53,989 bases of DNA from Halodesulfurarchaeum sp. (GTDB taxonomy: Archaea; Halobacteriota; Halobacteria; Halobacteriales; Halobacteriaceae), in assembly GCA_042216015.1 (NCBI GenBank), contig JBDGUI010000042.1, positions 1 to 53,989 on the forward strand. Direction: 5' to 3'. This document shows, piece by piece, positions 40,793 to 49,259 of this stretch (positions within the stretch are counted from its first letter, which is position 1; each line of letters begins with the position of its first letter). The translations under genes were made by a program, and so were the position numbers. Under the pieces are notes generated by a model that saw nothing but the letters and a program-made list of their open reading frames with translations, was not told where the DNA came from and made no database searches.

Positions 40793-41206
40793 ATGACGTA
40801 TACCATAACAACAAGTATCGAAGCACCAGTTGAAGAGGTCATCTCTGAAACGACGAAACTCCTCAAGTCCGAAGGGTTCGGAGTCCTTGCGGACATCGAC
40901 GTTCAAGCCACGTTCGAGCAAAATATCGATGAAGAGATTGACCAGTACCGTATTTTGGGAGCCTGTAATCCTTCCTTGGCGCACGAGGGAATTACCGCTG
41001 AATCTGATCTGGGGGCACTTTTGCCATGTAACGTGGCGATCTACGAGGACGAAAATGACGACGTCGTCGTGAGTGCCGGTCATCCGAACCAACTCCTTGA
41101 AATCACCGAAAATCCAGCTCTAAACCCAATTGCAGATGATGTAAAATCACGTTTCGAACGGGTATTCGAGGAATTAGAAGCTCAATTCGTCGATGGAGGT
41201 ACCTAA
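40793..41206 (+). CDS. DUF302 domain protein
   Basis: LKSEGFGVLADIDVQ, YRILGACNP, LGALLPCNV. Alternative start at 40763. Confidence 0.85.
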   Translation: MTYTITTSIEAPVEEVISETTKLLKSEGFGVLADIDVQATFEQNIDEEIDQYRILGACNPSLAHEGITAESDLGALLPCNVAIYEDENDDVVVSAGHPNQLLEITENPALNPIADDVKSRFERVFEELEAQFVDGGT

Positions 41207-41208
41207 CG

Positions 41209-41517
41209 ATGAGCGAATCGGGGCAACTCAATTCCACGAAGATACTCGTCTTACTTATCGGAGGAATACTCCTGATTCCACTCGTTTCGATGGGCGGTGG
41301 ATTCATGGGCGCGGGAGGGATGATGGGGGGAGGGATGTTTCTATGGCCGATCCTTTTCCTCGGTGTTATTGCTTGGCATTTCTATCGTTCCCGAACCCGA
41401 ACCGGATCAGGCTCACAAAAAACGGCGTTGACGGAACTTCGTGAGCGATACGCCCGTGGAGATATTTCCGAGGAGGAATTTGAGAAACGGAGAGAAACGC
41501 TTCAGTTGCGAGATTGA
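41209..41517 (+). CDS. SHOCT-domain membrane protein with Gly/Met-rich loop
   Basis: MGGGFMGAGGMMGGGM between two TMs; ALTELRERYARGDISEEEFEKRR. Confidence 0.85.
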   Translation: MSESGQLNSTKILVLLIGGILLIPLVSMGGGFMGAGGMMGGGMFLWPILFLGVIAWHFYRSRTRTGSGSQKTALTELRERYARGDISEEEFEKRRETLQLRD

Positions 41518-41688
41518 CGGCCTTCCCGCAGTCCGCGAGATAAATAATCCAAGAGATCATTCCACAATATGAACGATATTCTCCCCACCCCAGTGAAAAG
41601 TAGACCCATATGGCGTAAACACATCAGAGATTAGAGACGCCTCTCTGATCGGATGATGCAAAAGTGTACGGCGCTCTATCTATATTGA

Positions 41689-42104
41689 ATGCCCGCTATG
41701 GTCGTTGTCGGTCACGGTTCCCAGCAATCTCAATTTCGTAGCCGAAACCTTATCGAACACTGTAACCGATTGCAATCTTCTATTGACGGTCTGGAGATAC
41801 AGGGAGCTTACTTGAAGCTGGATCCGAAGTTGCAAACAGCATTTCAATCGCTCGAAAGTGACTGTGTGTACATAGTTCCGGCATTACTTTCAGACGGGTA
41901 TTTCACCAACAAAGTCATTCCAGAGAGAGTCGATGCTGTGGTTGCCTCCGTTCCTGAACGAGATTGGAAAGTAACCTTTGGGTCCCTCATTGGGACCCAC
42001 AAAGGAATGGCCGAGGTGATTTATAATCAAGTTGAGTCCGCAATCGATTCAACTGATCTCGATGATATTGGATTGGCCGTTGTGGGCCACGGTTCACAAA
42101 GGAG
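41689..42104 (+). pseudogene. CbiX/SirB-like chelatase, truncated by IS insertion
   Basis: VVVGHGS, VPALLSDGYFT and a second VVGHGS repeat that is cut immediately by the IS terminal repeat. Confidence 0.72.
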
Positions 42105-43038
42105 GGGTGTGTTTAGAGGCTTGAAATCATGGGTTTCAGAGCCTGATCGCGGCTTCAATATTTTTCACGGCAGCTTTGAGCACGATTTCACGGAACTGAC
42201 CGAACCAGGTTCTCGCCCGAATCGTGTCGTCGAAGCGACGACGTAACGACGCAAAAACTGACTCGACGACCGATCGACGATGGTAGGTTTCGTCGTCGAT
42301 CCGAGCGTTGTGAGCTGCGTCGAGCGAGGAAAATTCACGATGCTTAATTACCGGTCTCACGCCTTCTTCCCGCAGATATCGGCGGAATTTATCCCAGTCA
42401 TATCCTTTGTCTGCAGTGATCGTTTCGACTCGGTGTAAATTTCGTTTCAACACCTGCCAGCCGATCTGCGTATCATGCGGTTGTGTCATCGAACAATGTA
42501 TATCTAGTATCAGACTGGTCGAACAATCAATCAAGGCTGTCGTCTTCACCGATCTAAAGGTGTAATTCGTCCGATTTGCGTAGTACTGGCTGGCAGCGAC
42601 CCGATCGAAGCCGGTTGCGTCGATTGCCTGGATCTCGCCGGTTTCCTGGAGCTGAGCAGATAACCGAAGCATCACCCGCCAGATCCGCATTTCTAGGTCC
42701 TGCTTACGCGTACACACGGTGGTGAAATCGGGGAGTTCAGCCACAGACAAGTCGAATTTCCCAACAATCCCCGGCATCTCGGACAAGACATCCATGAGCC
42801 GTCGATATGGATGCCCGAGGTACTCGCGAAGGCCGTGCAGTCCCACGATTACCCAGTCGGCGTAGCCGCCTTCACCCTTCTGAACCGGTGCTTCGTCGCC
42901 GTCACCGACGGCTTTTTTGGCAAGTGACACAACTTTGCTCGTGAAGCGGGAGAGTTTCGAAGGCACACTCGACTTTTTCCGCTTCACCTTCTAGTAATCC
43001 CGACATTTAGGCAATATTACTAGCGTCTAAACACGCCC
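42105..43038 (-). mobile_element. IS5-family (ISH1-group-like) insertion sequence, 934 bp
   Basis: 17-bp imperfect terminal inverted repeats GGGTGTGTTTAGAGGCT (42105-42121) and AGCGTCTAAACACGCCC (43022-43038), 15/17 match, enclosing a DDE transposase. Confidence 0.88.
42136..42987 (-). CDS. IS5-family DDE transposase
   Basis: PDFTT, AIDATGF, TADKGYD, YHRRSVVESVFASLRR. The start may be the GTG at 42966. Confidence 0.92.
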   Translation of the reverse strand: MKRKKSSVPSKLSRFTSKVVSLAKKAVGDGDEAPVQKGEGGYADWVIVGLHGLREYLGHPYRRLMDVLSEMPGIVGKFDLSVAELPDFTTVCTRKQDLEMRIWRVMLRLSAQLQETGEIQAIDATGFDRVAASQYYANRTNYTFRSVKTTALIDCSTSLILDIHCSMTQPHDTQIGWQVLKRNLHRVETITADKGYDWDKFRRYLREEGVRPVIKHREFSSLDAAHNARIDDETYHRRSVVESVFASLRRRFDDTIRARTWFGQFREIVLKAAVKNIEAAIRL

Positions 43039-43314
43039 AAGAACTTGGGACACGGCAAAGGAATTGGGTCACAGATATCTCACCTCACCTGATTAGCAAC
43101 CAAAAACTTCGCTCAACCTCTACATTGAATCCACCGAGTTTCTGCGGCCAACGAGCCGGTTTTTTGGAAACTGTCTCGTTCAAATCGATGTTGGACGACC
43201 GTTGTGGCTTGGTTCGATCAATTCCTCAAAAACGTCGTCCAAACTGCTATCTCATCTTCATATTTGTCGGTACCCACTCGGTGGCTCGAGGGCCCGTGAT
43301 TCTCCCAGATATAT

Positions 43315-45612
43315 CTAGCGGGTTGATCCGTCCGTTTCAAAGCGATCTCGAAACATTCGAGTCGGTGCTGGGCCGTATGCCTCGACCAGCAGTTGGAGCG
43401 TCCTGCCGAGAGCCCGGATCGCCGCGGTTCTCGAGACGAACCCGAGTTCCGCAGCGACGCGGTCCCACGATTGTCCCTGGAGCAGGCCGCGAATGAGGAG
43501 TCGGGCTTCCGTATCCGAGAGTTCCGCTCCCCCGTCGATCAGGCCGTAAAGGGCCAACGTTCGGAACGGTTCGGGGTCGACGCTGTACAGGCCAGGACCG
43601 AACGCCGCTCCGACGATAACACGCCACCTGTGTGCTGAAAAGGACACCGCCGGAGGATGGGTGCTCGCCTCGAGGACGGCGCGGATGACAGCCGGGTCGA
43701 CGTCCGCGAGTGAATCCCGGAGAACGCCCTCGATTCTGGTTCCGAACCAGTTCCCGTGAGCCTTGACGAGTGATTCACCCCATTCGGAGGCGGATTTCAG
43801 CATCAGCACTGAGTGTTCGCCGCTTCGCTCGTTACGGCTGGTCGAGAGGTGCACGGATTCGTAACCGTTTGCCTCCCAGAAGGAGACGAGTTCCGGGGTC
43901 GCGCCGAAGCCCGTCCCGAGCCAGTCTACGACCGGACCGAATTCGTCCTCGACGCGGGAGAGCAGGTGGCTTCCCACCCCACGGGATCGAACCGCGTGGT
44001 GGGTGGCGATCCGAACGATCCGGATGCCCACGGATTTTCCGGCCCCCTCGTCGCGGAGCTGGCTCATCAACACATCCGGGAGCATGTTCCCCCGGATCCG
44101 CTCTCCTACATACACCCGCTCGCGAATATCCGGCGGAAGCCCACCCTCGCGGGCGACCAGGGCGACGGCGACGACGTGACCGTCCCGGAGGAGCGCCCGA
44201 ACCGCGAGGTTCGAGCCATCGAGGAGTCTGGCGAGATCGTCCGGTTCGGTCCGGTAATGGGCCGTCACGAGCAGGCCGAACACCTCCCGGAGGAGCTGTT
44301 CGTTCCGGCGAAGCATTGCTGGATCGAGACGCCGATACGTGACGGACTCGGGCCATGCGTCCTCGATGACGGAGCCCGGAACGGGTCCGGCCCCGAGAAA
44401 CAGTGCCCGAGTGGCCCAGACCTCGACAGGATCGCCGGCCGCATAGCGAATCGGTTCGGTGAGCGAAACGTCGAACACCTCGTGACGGGCCGCCTCGAGA
44501 CTGGGACGAAAGCGGACCGCAAACCCCCGGCCCGACCCCTCATAGCCGTGGACCGTCGTGGTGTAGACGACTCGCGGGACCGAGAGCGTCGTTTCGAGAA
44601 TCGACACCGGCAGGGCAGCGGCCTCCTCTACGAACAGCACGGCCGCCGATTCCAGCCGTTCTCCCCGGTCCGTCGGGCTCACGAACTCGATCTCGCCGCC
44701 ACTCTCGGCCTCGATCCTGGAAGTGGGCGAGCCCGCCGTGGACCGAATGCCGTCGAGAGTGGGCAGCACTTCCAGGATCCGTTCGAAAAACGCCATCGCT
44801 GCCCGAGAACTCGGTCCGGTGACCAGGACCGACTCGCCGTTCGAGAGGAACCAGGCGGCGAGGAGGCCAGCGACGCTCGATTTACCCCGCCCCCTGTCGG
44901 CCTCGAGGACGGCAGCAGTCGGTCCCGTCGAGAGCGATGTGAGTTCCGCAAGCGCATCGGCCTGATCCTGGGTGAGACACGCTTCGATGAGGGGCGCTGG
45001 GACGGGGTCGGCCCCGGTGGGTCGCTCGATCGTCGGTGGTTCCAGCCGCGGGGCCTGCCCGGTTAGTCCGGTCCGGGGAACGCTCCCGTCATCGAGATCG
45101 ACGATGGCGATTCCCCGATGAACCGAGAGCGTTTCGACGAGTCGATCGCGAAAGTGACCGGTAACGTCCGCTATGGTATCAGGCGGCACCAACAGCGTCT
45201 CGTCGAACCCGTCGCGTCGTTCGGCCCAATCATCGAGCGGCGGCGTCAACAGGATCAGCAAGCCACCGCCGTCGACTGCTCCCACGACCGTTCCGAGATT
45301 GTTCGGCCGGCAGGCCTCCCGGCAATCGAGGACGACGGCCGTCCGCGTGGTTCCGAGCAGCTCACCCGTTCGGTCCGAAGCGAGGTGTTCGCAGGGAAGC
45401 CCCGACGGCGGGCCGACCACAGTCGTTTGATCGAAAACCGACTCCGGAGCCAATTCCGGACCCGCTGCTTCGAGAGCTGACCGGGCCGCCTCGGAGTGCC
45501 CCGATTCCCCGGCGAGGACGAGCAGTCGGCGCTCGTCGTGCCTGACAGCCTCCCGGGCGAGGTCGCCGACCCACTCCCAGTCCATCGACGGGAGTTGTGT
45601 GCGCCGGGACAT
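43315..45612 (-). CDS. tmcA: tRNA(Met) cytidine acetyltransferase
   Basis: GAVDGGGL, ADRGRGKS, TTTVHGYEGSGRGF, AHYRTEPDDL, IVRIATH GNAT domain. Confidence 0.94.
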   Translation of the reverse strand: MSRRTQLPSMDWEWVGDLAREAVRHDERRLLVLAGESGHSEAARSALEAAGPELAPESVFDQTTVVGPPSGLPCEHLASDRTGELLGTTRTAVVLDCREACRPNNLGTVVGAVDGGGLLILLTPPLDDWAERRDGFDETLLVPPDTIADVTGHFRDRLVETLSVHRGIAIVDLDDGSVPRTGLTGQAPRLEPPTIERPTGADPVPAPLIEACLTQDQADALAELTSLSTGPTAAVLEADRGRGKSSVAGLLAAWFLSNGESVLVTGPSSRAAMAFFERILEVLPTLDGIRSTAGSPTSRIEAESGGEIEFVSPTDRGERLESAAVLFVEEAAALPVSILETTLSVPRVVYTTTVHGYEGSGRGFAVRFRPSLEAARHEVFDVSLTEPIRYAAGDPVEVWATRALFLGAGPVPGSVIEDAWPESVTYRRLDPAMLRRNEQLLREVFGLLVTAHYRTEPDDLARLLDGSNLAVRALLRDGHVVAVALVAREGGLPPDIRERVYVGERIRGNMLPDVLMSQLRDEGAGKSVGIRIVRIATHHAVRSRGVGSHLLSRVEDEFGPVVDWLGTGFGATPELVSFWEANGYESVHLSTSRNERSGEHSVLMLKSASEWGESLVKAHGNWFGTRIEGVLRDSLADVDPAVIRAVLEASTHPPAVSFSAHRWRVIVGAAFGPGLYSVDPEPFRTLALYGLIDGGAELSDTEARLLIRGLLQGQSWDRVAAELGFVSRTAAIRALGRTLQLLVEAYGPAPTRMFRDRFETDGSTR

Positions 45613-45670
45613 GGGCGTTTCCCTCGTGCCTTCCGATTCCGCTCGTGGGCCCTCCCCCGTTTGGACACGC

Positions 45671-45785
45671 TTTTAAGCACGGGGTGCCGACTCAGGAATA
45701 CACCTCGCAGGGGTCGATGATGCTCCCAGCCCCAGGATCGAACGGCGGGGGAGCGAAAGCCCCTCTGTGAGAATGGTGATCCACT
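45671..45785 (+). promoter_or_regulatory. TATA box and structured 5' leader of rpl7ae (kink-turn-like)
   Basis: TTTTAAG at 45671; GCTCCC/GGGAGC and GGGGT/GCCCC helices around a CGATGAT/GAAA internal loop; GGTGA SD-like motif at 45775. Confidence 0.55.
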
Positions 45786-46148
45786 ATGCCAGTATACGTA
45801 GACTACGACGTTCCAGCCGACCTCCAGGATCGGGCCCTCGAGGCTCTCGAGGTCGCCCGAGACACCGGACGTATCAAGAAGGGGACAAACGAGACGACCA
45901 AGGCCGTCGAACGCGGCAACGCCTCGCTCGTCTTCGTCGCGGAGGACGTCTCCCCCGAGGAGATCGTCATGCACCTCCCCGAACTCGCCGACGAGAAGGG
46001 GATCTCGTGTGTCTTCGTCGACACACAGGACGACATCGGCCACGCCTGCGGCCTCGAAGTCGGGAGCGCGGCAGCCGCCATCGTCGACGACGGTGACGCC
46101 GAGGCCGACGTCGAGGACATCGCGACCAAAATCGAGGACCTGCGATAG
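45786..46148 (+). CDS. rpl7ae: 50S ribosomal protein L7Ae
   Basis: [29 protein letters not shown]. Confidence 0.97.
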   Translation: MPVYVDYDVPADLQDRALEALEVARDTGRIKKGTNETTKAVERGNASLVFVAEDVSPEEIVMHLPELADEKGISCVFVDTQDDIGHACGLEVGSAAAAIVDDGDAEADVEDIATKIEDLR

Positions 46149-46150
46149 CG

Positions 46151-46375
46151 ATGAGCGCTGAGGAATCGACTGAGGGCTCGACACCCGCCGAGGTCATCGA
46201 GATCGTCGGGAAAACCGGCATGCACGGCGAGGCCATGCAGGTGAAGTGTCGAATCAAGGAAGGGTCGAACCAGGGGCGCATCATCACGCGCAACGCCCTC
46301 GGTCCCGTCAGGGTCGGGGACGTCTTGCAGCTCCGCGAGACGGCCCGCGAGGCCGACTCCATCGGTGGTCAATGA
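46151..46375 (+). CDS. rps28e: 30S ribosomal protein S28e
   Basis: [24 protein letters not shown]. Confidence 0.96.
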   Translation: MSAEESTEGSTPAEVIEIVGKTGMHGEAMQVKCRIKEGSNQGRIITRNALGPVRVGDVLQLRETAREADSIGGQ

Positions 46376-46554
46376 TGCCACAGACACGCACCTGTGATTA
46401 TTGCGGTGACGAAATCGATCAGGGAACCGGCACGATGTACGTCAAGAAGAACGGCGAGACGACGTACTTCTGCTCCTCGAAGTGCGAGAAAAACGCCGGA
46501 CTCGGTCGCGAATCTCGCGACGTTGAGTGGGCCGGGCAGCGCGAGGACGAATGA
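46372..46554 (+). CDS. rpl24e: 50S ribosomal protein L24e
   Basis: CDYCG..I..GTG.MYV....[10 protein letters not shown]. Confidence 0.95.
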   Translation: MMPQTRTCDYCGDEIDQGTGTMYVKKNGETTYFCSSKCEKNAGLGRESRDVEWAGQREDE

Positions 46555-47006
46555 CGGAGCGAACCTTCGTCATGGTCAAGCCGGATGGCGTCCAGCGAGG
46601 ACTCATCGGGGAGATCGTCTCGCGGTTCGAGGAGCGCGGGCTGAAACTGGTCGGCGCGAAACTGATGCAGATCGATCAGGAACTCGCCGAACAGCATTAC
46701 GCCGAACACGAGGACAAGCCCTTCTTCGAAGCCCTCACGGGTTTCATCACCTCGGGCCCCGTTCTCGCGATGGTATGGGAGGGACAAGACGCGATCGCCC
46801 AGGTCCGGACGATGATGGGTGCGACGGATCCGGCCGAAGCTGCCCCGGGCACTATTCGCGGTGACTTCGGGCTGGACCTCGGTCGGAACGTCATTCACGG
46901 GTCGGACACCGAGCCCGGGTCCGCCGAGCGAGAGATCGACCTGTTCTTCGAGGCGGACGAACTCGAGGACTACGATCGCATCGACGAGGCTTGGCTCTAC
47001 GAGTAG
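46551..47006 (+). CDS. ndk: Nucleoside diphosphate kinase
   Basis: [31 protein letters not shown]. Confidence 0.97.
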   Translation: MTERTFVMVKPDGVQRGLIGEIVSRFEERGLKLVGAKLMQIDQELAEQHYAEHEDKPFFEALTGFITSGPVLAMVWEGQDAIAQVRTMMGATDPAEAAPGTIRGDFGLDLGRNVIHGSDTEPGSAEREIDLFFEADELEDYDRIDEAWLYE

Positions 47007-47054
47007 GCAAATTTCAGTGAAAGGCGGTTTTCCGGGGCGGACGAACGACCAGCT

Positions 47055-47566
47055 ATGGAGTTCGAGGTCGGAAAGGGAGGCATCGCCGAACAGTTCGCGG
47101 GCTGTCTCGTGAACGCGGCGAGAACGAGTATGGGATCCGGCGTGGCCGGGGCGCTCCGTCGTGGGGAAAGGGGCCCGATCAACGAGGCCGCAATGGAGCA
47201 AGGGCCGATCGAAATCGGCGAGGTGGCTGTCACCGACGCGTTCGAACTCGATGCCGAGGACGTCATTCACGCCGCCGCGATACCTCACTTCGGTGACGGC
47301 ACGGCGAGGGCGAGAGCATCGAGCAGGCAACGAAAAACGCACTCGAAACCGCCGACGAACTGGGCTGTGAGTCGATGATGATCCCGGCTCTCGGGTGTGG
47401 GGTCGCCGGGTTCCCCCTCGAGAAGGGGGCCGAAATTATCGGGGAAACCATAGCCGAATTCGAGGCGGAAACGCTCGAGGAGGTGGTGTTCATCGCCTAC
47501 TCCAACGGGGAGTACGAAGCCGTCGAGCGCGTGACCGAACCGTACCGACACGAGGGGGTCGGTTGA
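47055..47566 (+). pseudogene. Macro domain (ADP-ribose-binding) protein, frameshifted
   Basis: LVNAA..MGSGVAGAL and VIHAA lie in one frame. ESIEQATKNALETADELGCESMMIPALGCGVAGF continues in the -1 frame from about 47312. Confidence 0.8.
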
Positions 47567-47727
47567 ACCCACACCCCTGGCTCGGCCGAACCCTTCACCG
47601 GTCTGGCACCGAACGAAACCCAGCAGCCGCCAAAGAAGAGAACCGTGTCAAGGGAATGGGCGATTTTTGCCCCTAGCAATGTTTAGGGTCGTGGGGTTCC
47701 TATACACAACCATCGATCGAGGCCACC

Positions 47728-48333
47728 ATGTCACAGAGCACTAACCAAACGCCTCGGTCCCTGGAACTCGGCCTGTCCGTCAGGCCGACACAGGAGTGTC
47801 CCGTACGAATGCTCGCACCCAACGTATCAGAAGTCCGTCATCACCCCCACGAGAGGGGGCTCCAGTGTGAAATCCTACTCGCGGGCCAGGATTCGGATTT
47901 TCCCCGGCGGTATCACACCTTCAATGACGGTAAGGCCCCCTGTCCGGCGACAATCTTTAGAGAATACGACACCGTACCGAATGTCAAACGCGTCGAGGAT
48001 GATTCGCTCTTGATCGTCACTCACCCACCGTCCCGTGAAGCCGTTCAGAAGCTATTGAGCGATCTCGAGACCGTCTCCGATCGAGTCGAGATCAAGTGGA
48101 TCTCCGATTCAGCCGAGACGAGGACGACCTCGGAGCGAACCGTCGATCTCGAGATCTTGACCGAAAAACAGCGGGAGGCCATCGAACTGGCCGTCGAATC
48201 GGGGTATTACGACCAGCCACGAGCGACGACAATATCCGAACTGGCAGAGGCCTGCAATATTAGCCAGTCGGCCATGTCACAGCGGCTTCACACGGCCGAG
48301 CGGAAATTGCTCCAGAGAATTCTCTCTCAGTAA
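47728..48333 (+). CDS. Bat/DmsR-type (HTH_10) transcriptional activator
   Basis: C-terminal LTEKQREAIELAVESGYYDQPRATTISELA..ISQSAMSQRLHTAERKL; N-terminal Cys residues (ECP, QCE, PCP). Confidence 0.85.
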   Translation: MSQSTNQTPRSLELGLSVRPTQECPVRMLAPNVSEVRHHPHERGLQCEILLAGQDSDFPRRYHTFNDGKAPCPATIFREYDTVPNVKRVEDDSLLIVTHPPSREAVQKLLSDLETVSDRVEIKWISDSAETRTTSERTVDLEILTEKQREAIELAVESGYYDQPRATTISELAEACNISQSAMSQRLHTAERKLLQRILSQ

Positions 48334-48473
48334 CCCAAGACTCGTCTCTCAACAACCACGGCTCGCTTCTCAGTAAACCTTCGGTAGGTCCGTAGCGGGG
48401 TCCAATTATTGGGAGTGAAGCTCGGTCTTCTGTAGACAGTGAGCGATCGAGTGAATCTGCTGGCTTAAAAACT

Positions 48474-48504
48474 ACCGTTGTGTATAAGAAATGCATCTAA
48501 CGGT
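48474..48504 (+). promoter_or_regulatory. Putative promoter/operator of the oxidoreductase operon
   Basis: TATAAG at 48483, bracketed by the inverted repeat ACCGTT (48474) / AACGGT (48499). Confidence 0.45.
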
Positions 48505-48527
48505 GTTTCCGCTCCATTTCTAGGTGC

Positions 48528-49259
48528 ATGGACGAGCGTCATGGCAACGACCGACCCGAGCCGGCAGTGCCGGACGGCGGGACCTCGCGGCGGAACTTCC
48601 TGAAAGGGGCCGCCGTCGGGGCCGGCGTCGTCGGGACAGGGGGCACAGCGGGCGTGCTCGCATTGAACAACGAGGATACGGGCCAGTCGGCGAAGGCGAT
48701 CCCGGCCTCGGAAGGGTATCTGCTCGTCGACCCGGCGAAGTGTACCGGGTGTACGAGTTGCATGATCGCCTGTTCGACGGCCCACGAGGGGAAGGCGAGC
48801 CAGTCACTGGCGAGAATCCAGATCACCCAGAATCCCTTCGAAGGCTTCCCGGAAGATATCAGTCAGGAGCAGTGTCGACAGTGTACCTATCCGGCGTGTG
48901 TGGAGGCCTGCCCGACGGGCGCACTCGAGGCCGACGAGGAGAACGGCAACGTCCGAATGGTCGACGAGAACAAATGTGTCGGCTGTCAGCGCTGTCTGGC
49001 GGCCTGCCCGTATACGCCCCACCGGAACACCTGGAACCACGAGAAGCAGTACGCACAGAAGTGTGATCTCTGTGCGGAGACGCCCCACTGGGATCAAGAA
49101 GGCGGCCCGGACGGCTCACAGGCCTGTGTCGAGGTCTGCCCGGTCGGGGCGATCCAGTTCACGGATGAAATCCCGACTCAGGTCGGGAACGAGGGATACC
49201 AGGTGGATCTCCGAAGCGAACAGTGGGAGCAACTCGGCCTCTACGGAGGTGAGATCTGA
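48528..49259 (+). CDS. Tat-signal 4x[4Fe-4S] electron-transfer subunit (DmsB/YdhY-like)
   Basis: SRRNFLKG twin-Arg motif; 16 Cys in four groups (CTGCTSCMIAC, CRQC..PACVEACP, CVGCQRCLAACP, KCDLC..ACVEVCP). Confidence 0.9.
   Translation: MDERHGNDRPEPAVPDGGTSRRNFLKGAAVGAGVVGTGGTAGVLALNNEDTGQSAKAIPASEGYLLVDPAKCTGCTSCMIACSTAHEGKASQSLARIQITQNPFEGFPEDISQEQCRQCTYPACVEACPTGALEADEENGNVRMVDENKCVGCQRCLAACPYTPHRNTWNHEKQYAQKCDLCAETPHWDQEGGPDGSQACVEVCPVGAIQFTDEIPTQVGNEGYQVDLRSEQWEQLGLYGGEI

Larger units (their letters stand above)
36997..43306. mobile_element. Putative metal-homeostasis genomic island bounded by 14-bp direct repeats
   Basis: CCCGTGATTTTCCC (36997-37010) and CCCGTGATTCTCCC (43293-43306). 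The interior is more AT-rich than the flanks and contains an IS and a truncated gene. Confidence 0.55.

Noticed and set aside
47300..47345. Programmed -1 frameshift in the macro-domain gene
   Set aside because: There is no canonical X-XXY-YYZ heptamer at the inferred shift point, and additional motif lesions indicate decay.
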